Below are positions 13,659 to 27,100 of a stretch of DNA of 64,000 nucleotides, in pieces. The DNA is from the human T2T-CHM13v2.0 reference genome, Homo sapiens. The notes under the pieces were generated by a model that ran no database searches, was not told where the DNA came from, and saw only the letters and a list, made by a program, of their open reading frames with translations. The stretch is taken from the NCBI RefSeq assembly GCF_009914755.1, contig NC_060930.1. One strand, given 5' to 3'. Position 1 is the stretch's first letter, and every line of letters starts with the position of its first letter. A program made the position numbers and the translations under genes.

Positions 13659-16236
13659 AATTTCAAGATTCTTTTCTATAGTATACTGTACTGCATAATG
13701 TATGTTTTAAGATTGTTTCCTTGCATTGGTCACATATTTGGTTTCAGTAGGTTTTCTGCAGAGCCCATATGTTCAGGCATGGTGGGGGGAAAAAAGCCTG
13801 TTCTAAACTCTAATTTATCCTGAGATCTGAGCTATCAAACAATTTTTTCTTCATCCCTGTTAGATTGCACTTCAAGCTCTTAACAGTGCCTCTGAGCCAT
13901 GAGAAAAATTTACACATGAGAAATGTTTTGAAGCCATTAAAGTAAGTTCAGAGCTTAAGAGTTGCTTTCACATCTCTTGAGTCAGATGAAATGCGGGCTT
14001 ACAGAGAGTAATAATTAGGTGATGGGCAGATGCCAAGCTTTGTTTTTTGATACGATTATCTCTGTCTTTCATTTGGCACCGTTCAAGTCTGCAGGTTGGG
14101 CATTCTGAAAGAGAGGGATCACTGAGACCACACAGGGGCACATCAGATCTGTTCCTTTGGTGGACGTCAAGGCAGAATTACTCAGAATATAATCTGAAAT
14201 GCATTTGATCATACAGTAGATAGTTTAATAATTTATGTTCAGACTTATTAGCAAAGCCTTGTGTTTACTCTGCTGTCACCAAAATAAGATAAAAACCCAC
14301 CCGTGATATTAAGATTAGACAGTTCGCATGTGTATGTATGTGTGTGTTCAAGTTTAAAATTTTTGTTCATGATTGTAATGACCTGATAGCAATTACACAT
14401 TTGGGGTGAAAGGGGTAAGGGAAAAATGTCGCATGAATAATGTCTGATGTAGAATTTCTCATTCCCAGAATTGAAACAGAAAGGCTGACAGTATTGCGCT
14501 CTAATTGCGTGACTGTGTGACCGAGGTCTTATAATGGAAATGTTCTTCCAAAAGAAATGGAAAGGAGCGATTAATTCCAACTTCAATTTGTTGATCCTGT
14601 TACATTCCAGTGTACCTATAATGCTGATGGACTATGCATACAACATTGTTTTAACTGACTTCAAGATAAAATACTGGCATTTTTGGTTTGGAGATAATTG
14701 GGTACAGCTACTTATATGATATTAAAGAGCTCCCAATTTGGGGAATGTCTAGAAGAATAAAGGAGAAAGATAGCTTGGCACCCTTAATCCCCTGTATGTC
14801 CTGGTATCTGGTAATAACATGAAGCCCAGGGACAGGGTTGTCTTGTCAATTCAAGGAAGGGAGCTGGCATGTGGAATGTGATTGCAGGGCCCTGGTAACA
14901 CCTGCAGGTGTCAGGGACAGAAGAACTCATTTGGAAGCTGCACCGCAAGATGGGAAGACAGGTGGCAACTCTCTTACAGGGATATCTTTTATTTGAGCAG
15001 AACCAGACCAACTGTTCCTCATTAAAACACATTTTGCAACGTGTTCTCATGTGAGCGCATCAAGTGTGTGTGCATGTGTGTGTTCAGAGCATACTCAGCG
15101 ATGTGCCATCTACAGGTCACAATTACAAATTCGCAACGTGGCTCAGAACTGCAAGACAGGTAGCGTGAAATGTCTCTGCATAACATGCGGCTGACTTTTC
15201 TGGAATGGCCTCTGTAGGGAAACTCAAAATAACACCATTACCTCTGTGAGGTGCAGGGGCAAGTAAAATGGATAAAATCTATTTGGTGGGACTGTTGATC
15301 TTGATAGTCATTGTAATAACTATGCAGTGCCCTTGCTCTTTCTCATTTGTATGGAATTATCAATGTATCTCAGAAGTGTTGCTGTGGGGCTGTACTTAGT
15401 ATGAGTAAAGCCAGGCCACTCATCTGCTTCACCATTTATACTATCAGAAATTTGGGCAAGTGACTTAAAGAGAGGGTTAACTCCTATTAGCTACTTCACT
15501 GAGTAGTCTGAAGGATTAGAGAGCACTTAGCGTCCTGCTGGGCACATGGTGAATGTTCTCTAAATACTCCTTCTACTTAGTATTTTCACATAGAGCCTAT
15601 CCTCTGCCTTTCTCGCTGAATCCTTGTGCTTCTGGTTCTCCAGCCAGGTACCATATTACAACTTATCAATATTTTGTATGAGAAGGAAGAGGACTTGGAA
15701 GAAAGGCCTCTAAACAACATGACTTCCTTCCATTGGAAGCCCAAGCCCATCCAGCCCCCAAGAAGAGAATACTTGTAACTAGGTGAAGAAATGACTAAAG
15801 GAGGCAAAGGAATAAGTAGAAATGCAAATACCAGTTCAGAAAACATTAACTGATCATCTCTTGGGTGCCCTTTCCCTCGGAGTCTTGTCTCTTGGGGCCA
15901 AAAGACCTGTGAGGAGGACACATCTGAAGGCCCTGGAGGCCTGTTTCCTCCCCATTTTCTTAGGAAGCAGCTAGCTCAGCAAGTCTGTTAGCTCAGCAGA
16001 AGGAAAAGGCCTTAGCAGAGGCTCGGCCGTGGAGGTTTGCTGTCCTCTTCCCCCAGGAAACTTCACGGTCAGCCAGCCACACAGTCTCCTAGAGGCGCCC
16101 TATCCCTCTTTCCTTGTAAACGTGTAGAGCATCACACTTCTGTCAGAGTGTGTTCTCTTGGGCAGCTAGTTTAGCTCTGCCTGAACTGAGTACGCTTTCT
16201 GGTGGGATGCAAGCTTGGGGGCTCACATATGTCAGG

Positions 16237-16924
16237 AGTGGCAGGCACAGTCATGTCCCCCACCCAAAGATGTCCATATCCTAATCACCTGAACCTCCAA
16301 CGATGTTACCTTACATGGCAAAAGGAACTCTGCAGATGTGATTAAGATAAGGATCTTGGAATGAGAGGATTATTCTGGGTTATCTAAGTGGGTTCAATGT
16401 AAATCACAAAGGTCCTGATAAAAATAACCCTATGATCACCTGAGGTCAAGAGTTTGAGACCAGCCTGACCAATATGGTGAAACCCCATCTCTACTAAAAA
16501 TGCCAAAATTAGCCAGGCGTGGTGACACGCGCTACTCGGGAGGCTCAAACAGGAGAATTGCCTGAACCCAGGAGGTGGAGGTTGGAGTAAGCCGAGATTG
16601 CGCCACTGTACTCCAGCCTGGGTGACAGAGTGAGACTCTGTCTCAAAATAATAATAAACAATAACAATAATAATAATAGTAACCCTATGCTACTGGCTTT
16701 GAAAATGGAAAAAAAAGGGTCACAGGCCAAGAGATGTAGGCAAATTGTAGAACCTGGAAAGGGCAAGGAATCAGATTCTTCCCTGGAGCCTCCAGAAGAA
16801 TGCCTCCCAGCCAACACCTTGACATAGAACTTCTGACCTCCAGAATTGAAAGAGAATAAATGCATATTGCTTCATGCCCTAGGTTTGTGGTGTTTTGTTA
16901 AAGTAGCAATAGAGAACTCACATA
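16237..16924 (+). mobile_element. MLT1C/D LTR interrupted by a 5'-truncated AluS (16434-16679)
   Basis: LTR motifs on both sides; Alu TSD taaccctatg at 16425-16434 / 16680-16689; LTR AATAAA at 16855-16860. Confidence 0.8.
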
Positions 16925-17639
16925 ACATGCTGTTTCTCTGCTGGTAAGGTTTTTCCCTAGTAACCCTATTTCATATTTATACTATGTAGTATTGGTGATG
17001 TATGACTCCTTGTCCCATTTACTTGTCAGTCTAATAAGAAATGTAAGAATAGGTAAATGGCAGTTCATATGGAAGGGATATTTGCTCCTATATAAAATGT
17101 GAATATATGGTAGTAAGTAACAGGTAGCAATGGCAGTATGCATTCAGCTAACACTGGCCCCTCCTAGGTACCAGGTCCTGGGCATCTATTGGAGAGAAAG
17201 GCCACCCCTGCTCAGAAGGAGCACGCTTAGGGTGATGCAGGAGCCAGGATCCAGCAGGGTGCTCACCACTGTTGACACGCGCCATGAGGAGGGCCAGCTG
17301 ACAAGACGAGCAGGCCCACACGGGGTGGGCAGTGGTTGAGAGAGGTTTTCCTAAAGCAAGTCCTGTCTTAGTTGAGGCCTGAGCAAGCAGTAAGTAGAGG
17401 AGGCAGGGGCGGGTGATGGTTTTAGTTCGGAGCTTTCCAGGAGGTGCACTCCACCGGCTTTACCATCTCAGAGCCCGGGGAGTAAGAGGTGCTGACTTCA
17501 CAATGGACGTAGCTTCTTCCTCATGGGTTAGTGAGGAGGTGCAAGGCAGGACGCTGTCATCTCAGTGTTGGTAGTAAGTGCTGTGGGAGGCTCTGGCCTT
17601 CTCTGTTTTTCAAGCTACACTCCTGTGACGTCACCGTCA

Positions 17640-18200
17640 CAGCAGCCCTTATTGTGAACCTTCTGTATTCCAGGCACTCTGCCCGGCTGTGGGCACATTA
17701 CTTCTATTCCTTCTGATAACTTCCTAAGGTAGATGGCTTTCCTTCTTCACAGAAAGGATAGCCAGGCTTAGAGAGTTTAAACTACCTGCCTAAGATCACA
17801 TGGCTGTCTGAACCTGCGTTCAGTTTGGTCTGCCACAATTCAAAACCCATGCTCATTCATTATAGTGTGTGCCTCTTAATGGTATACATAAGGAACAAAA
17901 ATAGCACGGGTCAATTCTATTTTAGAAGCAAATAAAATAATGACTTTGTAATTTACAAAAAGAATTTCTGAGGACGTTTGCGTTTTTCATTAGAACCACA
18001 GAATACCATGGAATAAGTTAATCTGAATTGACATTTAAATGTTCAGAACACTTAATCTATATATATCTAATTTAATCCTCATAAAAACCCTATGATGCAC
18101 AAATACTAGCAGTATCTCCATTTTACAGGTGAGGAAATGGAGGCAAAAAGAGGATAAAATTTGCCTGAGAATCCTCAGATGGAGCTGGGATTAGAGCCCA
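17640..18200 (-). mobile_element. Two MIR remnants (about 17640-17870 and 18050-18200)
   Basis: ccattttacaggtgaggaaatggagg and aagatcacatggct MIR cores. Confidence 0.6.
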
Positions 18201-18789
18201 GAGCTCGAGGACTTACTGCTCCTAGAACCGGTTCCATCTGTGCCTTGTGGCGTGAAACATGCTCAAGTTAAAAGCATCTCTTTCCTTTCCCCAACAATAC
18301 GTGCACAACTGCTAAAGACGAAGGAAATAGAGATAGACTGTTGTTATCATCCCAACTGTCTGTATTTATCTTTAACTGATTGAAATCTGATCCCTAAAGT
18401 TTCTGAACATGAAAGTTTTTTTTTTTTTTTTTTGAAATTTTGGTATCCATACTTGGTTCTGCTTTAACAGATTGATTACTTTGATAGGATTTGATAAGCT
18501 ACACTTTTGAAAATTAGTAGATTATTTTTAAGAGTTAGCAAGTAAGTAGATTTAGAAATTAATCAAGGGAGCAGTGAGATTTACAAGGGAAGACAAACCC
18601 ATGTTAATCAAAGTTAACACAGAATGCACGATGGGAATTTTAGTGCGCCCCTTAGTCTTTATTATAACAGGATAAATAACTCCATTTAACAGATAAATAA
18701 CGCCTTTTGCGTAAGCAAAGGTCATATCCTGCCTTGTTTCAAATTTCTGTTTTTAAAAAAGCATTTCTGAGTAGAATTTGAGTTCTTAA

Positions 18790-19137
<348 letters not shown>

Positions 19138-20243
19138 CCAGTTTGTTTTAATAAGCAATAACATTATTCGAATTTGGTGTATGATACTTTGAGCGATGCA
19201 GATATGTATTGAATTTCAGGAATTGACAATCTTGATAAGGTTTTAAAGGTTTAGGGAAGGTCTGAGCCTCTGTTTACTTTCTAGAACTACGCTTGTCGTG
19301 TGTGTGTCGACTTTTTCTATCGGCTGTTTATAATCACTTCGCCTATAAGCACTTTTTATTACATTATTTTCTATTCATGATCCCTGCTTTCAACTGGTAT
19401 GGTTGTACATTTACATGTTTGAGCATCTTGGACTTTATAAGATCTCATATTTCCCATATTTCTAAACTACTTTTTCTTAAGTATCTCAGTGGTAGTGACA
19501 ATTGAAATGTGCAAAGCTAGCTAGCTACTGATTATTAATTACTCTGTCATCTGAGAAACTTTAAAAATATTATGTTTAAAAATAGTATCATCAAAATCCT
19601 TTTATCAAGATCTTGATTTGGTAAAAGGTGAAAATAATAAAAGGGCACAGCGCAATAGAGACAGGATGCATTTACCCTCTCCTGCTCCGCGGTCACGCTC
19701 CCGCCTTGATCCTCAAGAGAGTGGCAAATCTTGTGGCTGCATATGCATGCTTCTGCTTCTCTGCAGGATGCAGGGTGCAGACTTGTCCAGCAGGCACAGG
19801 AGGAAAGCTCAGCACCAAAATACCTTTATGAATCAGTTATGTTCAAATATGTTAAACATCTGAGGGGTGGAGAGAAAAAAAGGATGCCCGAGGAAGAATG
19901 ACTAAACTTAACATGACCACAAATAATCCTCTCCGGTAGTTCAGTAGGTAACTTTATTTTGAACAAAATTTTATGGCAGATGAGTTGAAAGGAGAAGAAA
20001 TTTTCTGAAATTGTCATCAGAAGTCAAAGAGTTTTGCTTTTATTTTAACCCAGGCCAAGAAGGCGCAGTACCTGCACTGCTTCATGAAACAAAAAACAAA
20101 ACGTGTTATCAACCCAACTAAATGCTTAAGATTTTAAGACTCACCTAGTCCTTCCCCAGGTCAGCCTGACACCTGGCCTGGCACCACTAATCATGGCACA
20201 GGTTCAGAACCAAGGTCAAGCATTCTGAACTGGGGATAGGGAA

Positions 20244-20393
20244 AAGGGTGGATTTTCCCTGAAGCTCGTGTAGCCAGTTTCGGGGTCTCTCAATTTGAGG
20301 GGCCCCTTCCAAGACCCTGTACCTAATTTTGTATTCATTATTTTTTTCTTAAAGAGAAGGCTTCAGGACCCACAAAATCTGGGTCCACTCCTG
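20244..20393 (+). mobile_element. MER53 hAT MITE
   Basis: gggccccttccaagaccctgtacctaattttgtattc matches the recalled MER53 consensus. Confidence 0.7.
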
Positions 20394-20744
20394 GGTGAAG
20401 GTATCTGTGAACCTCCTGAAGACAAGAGTGTGAGCGAGGCTGTGTGGATATGTAAATGTGCTTCCATATTTTTCTGGAAGGGTCTGTGTAGTCTTCTCAA
20501 AGCCATCTATGACTTACAAAGGTTAAAGAACTCAGGCCTCGGAGAAATTAATCAACCTCTTAATTCTGGTCTTATAACACCACACTTATAAAGTGATGGT
20601 TTAATTGCTAGAGGCAACAATTTGTGACTCAAGTAGAATAGCTTCCTGAATGTATCACAGGACACATTGATCACCAGAGACATAGATGAGAATGTTCTTG
20701 ATGGTTGCTCATCTCATTGGAATACACACTCTCATATTATTCAC

Positions 20745-20870
20745 TCGATCAGTCATTCATTCATTCATTCCTAAACACTTACTGAGTACCTGCTCTGTGA
20801 CTGCAGCCTGCTAGGTTCCAAGATTTCAGAGATGAATTAGGCAGACTCGCTGCTTTTGAGGAACTCACAT
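20745..20870 (-). mobile_element. L2 3' end
   Basis: cattcattcattc...cttactgagtacctgctctgtg. Confidence 0.6.
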
Positions 20871-22140
20871 AGTTCCTATCAATCAATTCAGCTGAAGGAC
20901 TCTGCATTCTTTCTCCAGGTTCCCACATATATGTGAGTGCTGTCCTTGAGATCTTGAGGCTATTTTAAATAGAAATGGAAGCTCTTCAGCATAAACCTCA
21001 CTCCAAAATATTACGCAAAAAGCCACCCTCATAAGAGAGCTGTCTCCTGGGGATGGGGACAGGTCTTCGTGCACCACTGAGCTCCAGCTCTTGCCTCCCC
21101 CTGCCATGGGAAGGATGGTCCCATTCTGTCCAGCTGTGTGCCTCCTTACGAAGGACTCAGAGTGCAGGGAGACCAGCAGGATATCGGCCCGGATACCTGA
21201 GGAGTGCAGCAGTAAATAATGCTTCCACTGTCATTATGGTTGAGAGACTTTTCCTTGTGGCTAACAGCTGTGTTAATTCTGCTGTTAGCCTTCTACAGAC
21301 AGAGCAAGAATTCTTCCCACACAATCACATATAAATAGGAGCCTGTGGAAACTGGGCTGTAGAAGTTGTTTTCATTTCCCCATTCCTATTCTTTGTGTCT
21401 TGCATTACCCAATCCTTTGAATTCAAATCCTATTGATTCTACATCAAAAGTCTGTTGTTCCCTCTGCCGTCATCCTGATAGAGGTCCTCATTATCTCCCA
21501 TTTCATCTGTTGCTACAACTTACCACTGGATTTTCTACCCCATTCTCCTGCCTCCCTTCAGTCCACCCCACACATTCCTGTTCCTGTTACCTTCTGCAAA
21601 GCACCATTCCAGTGTCTCTCCTGTGCATGCTGAGATGCAGCTTCCCAAACAGAAGCCAAAGAGGTACCAGGAGGTTGCTAGAGCGCTTGGAAGGGAAGAC
21701 TGAGCAAAGTACCATGGTTGTTCAAAGATACTTTGTGCTTCTGTGGATTTCCTGTCCTGTCCTGCACCGCCTCTGGGCTGCCCCTCCGCCCTAGCATTTT
21801 TCCTTCCATCTAGCATTTCTCATCTGCTCCTTCCACACCCCTCCTTCCATCTCTCAAAATGTTATTCAGGTTTCAACAGGGGAGTCCCATGTTATTGGGG
21901 GAGGCACCGATTCTGAAGCAGGTACACGAGGTGAAAATATCATCAATTGTGCTTCGAAACTAGAGCCACCCTGACAATAGCCAGGTGCTCCTCTCTCCGC
22001 TTCCCTGGACACCAGCTAAGAAGCCGGTGAACAGAAACCACTGAGAAAAGCTGCACAGTCAGGTCCCCAGCTTCTCAGCTCTGCCCAAGCAGGGTTTCCC
22101 AACCTGTTCTCTATCTGGCATGAAGAGAAAATGATGATAG

Positions 22141-22653
<513 letters not shown>

Positions 22654-22978
22654 TAAATATGTCTGTGGTATGACTCCACTTTACACAGATTCTACCCTTC
22701 ATGAATTCTGCCTTGATTTTCTATAAACACGGCCCGTCTTTCTCATACAGTTTATGTGTAGTCTGGAGTCATGAACTTGGCCTGGCCCTTCAAGGAAAGG
22801 AACTGACTCATTCATACCTACCTTGGGGCCACCTGGCCCATGGTGGGTGTTCAAACGTGTCTCTGTTGAAGGAGTACATAAAAGGCGGCACCTTCTGGAA
22901 CCCATTGCTTGATTGATATCACAACAGGGCTTTCTCTGCATCTAAAAATAATTTTTTCCTCTGTTTCTCTCTTTATAG

Positions 22979-23170
22979 GACTTCAGAAATGGGCTTGGGA
23001 ACCAGCTGAGTTCAGGATCCCACACCTCTGCTGCATCTCAGTGTGACTCAGCGAGTTCCAGAATGGTGCTGCCCATGCCAAGGCTACATCAAGACTGTGC
23101 GCTGAGGATGTCCGTGGGCTTGGCTCTGCTGGGTCTTCTTTTTGCTTTTTTTGTCAAGGTCTATAATTAG
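22979..23170 (+). CDS. CDKAL1: Terminal coding exon of CDKAL1 (tRNA-Lys(UUU) methylthiotransferase), last 63 aa including the C-terminal transmembrane tail anchor
   Basis: Polypyrimidine tract and AG at 22951-22978, then phase-0 frame DFRNGLGNQLSSGSHTSAASQCDSASSRMVLPMPRLHQDCALRMSVGLALLGLLFAFFVKVYN-TAG(23168-23170); matches the recalled CDKAL1 C-terminus. Upstream exons lie outside the window. Confidence 0.95.
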   Translation, partial: DFRNGLGNQLSSGSHTSAASQCDSASSRMVLPMPRLHQDCALRMSVGLALLGLLFAFFVKVYN

Positions 23171-23471
23171 AATACAACTAATGGAAACATCTATAAAGAA
23201 GAATACATTTCTAATTAAAATCTTCAATGAACAGGAAAGCGACATCTCCATTCTCCAAGGGCAATAATTTGTACTGGTCATGCTGCCTCCTTCTCAGCCA
23301 CTCTTCTTAATGAGGCTCCCCCTGTCTCACATTGAGTTGGGCCCATTGGTTATTTGACCTAAAACCTAATCACGGCTACCATAGCACATCCTTCAAATTA
23401 AACTGCTTTTGGTTTACTTTTAGCAAGAAATGCAAGCGGTTGCATTTTTTTCTGTTTGTTTCAATCTCTAA

Positions 23472-23863
<392 letters not shown>

Positions 23864-23864
23864 T

Positions 23865-23870
23865 AATAAA
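23865..23870 (+). terminator. Candidate middle poly(A) signal (right Alu TSD copy)
   Basis: AATAAA followed by a tttgtttgg GU-rich tract near 23900. Confidence 0.45.
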
Positions 23871-24123
23871 TATTTTTAAGTGCATCTTCCCCTTCAGGCT
23901 TTGTTTGGAGTCCCAGTGCTACAAACATTGTATTTTTCACAGCAGATGTGTTCCTGAAAAGTGTATAGAAACCTGTTCTGGGAACCTGAATGCTTTTGGA
24001 ATGCACGGGGAGAGTCTGCCAGCTAAAGGACTCCTGGCAACATTCTGTGAAATATGAAACTGGAAAACTGGATTTGTCGAAAACTAATTGTGCCCATTTT
24101 CTCACATTTTTGATCCATTGGGG

Positions 24124-24437
24124 TTTTTTTTTTGTTTTTGTTTTTTTTTTTTTTTGAGTCAAGGTCTCACTCTGTCACCCTGGCTGGAGTGCAATGGCAC
24201 TATCTTGGCTCACTGCAGCCTTGACCTCCTGGACTCAAGCAGTCCTCCTACCTCAGCCTCCCTAATAGCCAGGGGCTACAGGCATATACCACCATGCCCA
24301 ACTAATTTTTTAATTTTTTGTAGAGATGAGTGTCACTATGTTGCCCAGGCTTGCCTGGAACTCCTAGCCTCAAGCAGTCTTCTTGCCTCAGCCTCCCAAA
24401 GTGCTGGGATTACAGGCGTGAGCCACTCCACCCAGCC
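24124..24437 (-). mobile_element. AluJ in CDKAL1 3'UTR
   Basis: Antisense dimer with J-type diagnostics. Confidence 0.85.
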
Positions 24438-24507
24438 CAGATTAAATGTTTTTATTTCTACCTGCCATCATTGGTCTTTACTAAGTGAAGTGACTTCTTT
24501 CTTTAAC

Positions 24508-24513
24508 AATAAA
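24508..24513 (+). terminator. Distal polyadenylation signal AATAAA
   Basis: AATAAA followed about 27 nt later by a U/GU-rich tract (tgtttttgagaatttatttg, 24541-24560). Confidence 0.75.
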
Positions 24514-25789
24514 TAGAATTGGTATACTAAGCAAATCCTATGTTTTTGAGAATTTATTTGGATTGCATAGGTACAGGAAAACCAGGTACCGTGTAGTTAC
24601 CATAGGATATTTTCCATCTCGAAACCCATACCCCTCTTCAGCTCTTACATTTAACTCAAAATGTTTGTGTTTTGTGTGTCTTTTAAGGAACCCAAATTAA
24701 AATTCAGTCATGTCCTAGTTGGTAAATTATAAAATATATATGCTTTTAGTGTTAGTACATTTCTCCTGGAACTGGTATGTGCTTCTAAGAGGTGCTCACA
24801 TTTAGAATGCAAAAATCCTCCTGTGCTGCTTCTAGTCCTGCAGTGAAACATCCACTTGGGAGCACCCCTCACTTCTTAGCAGGAATGAGAAGAGGACAAG
24901 AACCTACCATGTGCCTCCCTTCTTGAGCTCTACGCAGTCATTTCTTTGTTAATAAACAGTGGGTTCCAGTGTGGTGCTCATTTAACAAAAACCTAGCAGA
25001 GATAAAAATGCCATCCAAAGCCTAGAGTTGCACTAGATCAGACATAGAGAAAGCTTTACACCTGTAACTGATTGGAGACAAAAAGGATTTTTCTACCTCC
25101 CTTTTCTCTTTCCCTACTCTTTTCCTCACTCCCTCATCTGTTTATTTCCTCCCTTCTAGCTCTATGCTGTCCTCGCCTTTTTTCATTTTTTTCTTCCTGT
25201 AAGAGAATGATACACCCAGTCATCCAAATTCCCCCCCTGCTGCTCTCACCTACCATGGCAGGGATCCTCAAGGATCGTTTCAGCTGTACAGGATTCTCCC
25301 TACTTCCTGCCGTGACTGTTATTTACCCTCAATTTGGCTGCAGCTTCACTCTGCCGTTTGACCCAGAAAGGGACCGAGGTCACTGCCCGCAGCAGACGCT
25401 GGACCTTCATGAAATCAGTCTCCATACTGGCGACCAATTGGTGAGAGGGGTAGCAGTGTTCTGGAAATCCAGGGTTTTTCTTCCCCCTGTGACCTCCATC
25501 TCTAGGGAGGGGGAGGGAGAGAGCAGAGAAGGATGCAGTGCAAGTTAAAAACAGTTTTCTTAAGCACTGGACTCTGAATGGGGCTGAGTCTGGGAACCAC
25601 GGGAGCAAGTGTGATCATGAGTAGAGCTGTTACTTTTCCAGCCTGTCTCCTTCCTGCCCACAGTGCAACTGCGCTTCTCCCGCCCCGCTGAAGTTAGGCA
25701 CGAAATGTGAAATGTGAGCGGAAGGGTCACGTCCTTCTTCGGGGCAGACATGTTCAGAGCTGGTGTACGGTTTACTGTGTGCTCTTCCC

Positions 25790-25985
25790 ACTGCTGTGGT
25801 GGTCCTGGACCCATATGTCAGAATGACGCCTCCCCGACCCTGGGTCCCTGAGTTAGTACAGTTGAGTAGGGCTCCTGGCCAGCATGTGCTACATAGGCAT
25901 CAGGAACCAGAAATATATTGTGGTTGTGTTAAGCCACCGGCATCTGGGGGTCGTAGCCGTAGCGTACGTAACCTGATTTATACGA
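25790..25985 (+). mobile_element. Old MLT1 LTR 3' remnant
   Basis: ctgggtccctgag ... ttgtgttaagccac ... ctgatttatac. Confidence 0.5.
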
Positions 25986-26080
25986 AGTGTCAGCCGTGAT
26001 AGGATGCTTGACCCGCAGATTGTAAATGTAATTGTTATGTTTTCTTTGTATGCTTTTGTATGCTTTGCATTAGTATCAAG

Positions 26081-26083
<3 letters not shown>

Positions 26084-26118
<35 letters not shown>
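26084..26118 (+). repeat. (TG)n microsatellite, about 17 units
   Basis: Directly visible. Confidence 0.95.
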
Positions 26119-26124
<6 letters not shown>

Positions 26125-26149
26125 CTGCTGAGAAGGAAACCTATGAAGT

Positions 26150-26780
26150 GATCTTTTCAATGCTTTGGCCAATTTTTTTCTTAAACTCTTTACTAGAATA
26201 AAACATACATATGAAATGGACATAAATCATAGGGATACAGGGATTTTTAAAAACTGAGCAAGCATTGTAGCCAGCACCAGGAGGCTCCCCATGTACCCTC
26301 CTAGCCATTAAGTCTGCCCCACAAGGAGTAACCAGTATCCTTATTTCTAACATTACAGATTGATTTGCCTGATTCTAAACTTTCTATAAGTAGAATCATG
26401 TAGTATGCACTATTTCATGTCTACCTTCTTTTGTTCTACAGTGATTGTGAGACACATCCAGATTATTGTGTGAGCAGTAATTACTTCACGTTCATTGCTG
26501 AATAGTATTTCAGTGTATGAGTACACCACATTGTTCATTCTACATTTGAGTTCTTTCCAATTTTTTGTCTATTATGAATAATGCTGCTATAAACACGTTT
26601 TGTTAAGCGTTTATGTGATGATGTGAGGAGTACATGTCTAGGGGTGGAATTGCTGGGTCATAGCATTTGCATATGTTCAGCTTAGATACTGCTAAATGGT
26701 TTTCTGAAGTGGTTGTACCAATTTACATCCCCACCAGCAGTTGACATGAATTCTGTCATTCTCCCACTATTTTTTCTCTT
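26150..26780 (-). mobile_element. L1ME/L1MC-type 3' fragment
   Basis: gtggaattgctgggtcatag and gtggttgtaccaatttacatccccaccagcag. Confidence 0.7.
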
Positions 26781-26849
26781 TGGACCTTAGATATTCTTCA
26801 GCAGACCTTGTCTCTGCTGTCTCCCTTCCACAAGTCATTCCTATTTTAA

Positions 26850-27100
26850 TAGTAATGATAATATTGACAACCATTAACTGTCTAGTCCTTAAATGAAATG
26901 CACTGGATGTTATACTTTGCACTTAACAGGTGTTAATCAGTCCTGAAGAAAAAATTTTGAGATACGTATTGTGATTCCCATCATACTGAGAAGAAAATCT
27001 AAAACTCAAAAGACTAAGTAACTTGTGCAAGAGGCACAGAGCTCTTAAGTTTAGAGGCAGGACTGGTACACAGCCTGACTCCAAAGCATATACTCCTCTT
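26850..27100 (-). mobile_element. MIR
   Basis: ctaagtaacttgtgcaagaggcacagag core. Confidence 0.55.

Noticed and set aside
24082-24094. Third partial copy (AACTAATTGTGCC) of the 33-bp duplication
   Set aside because: Only 13 nt and AT-rich; compatible with chance.
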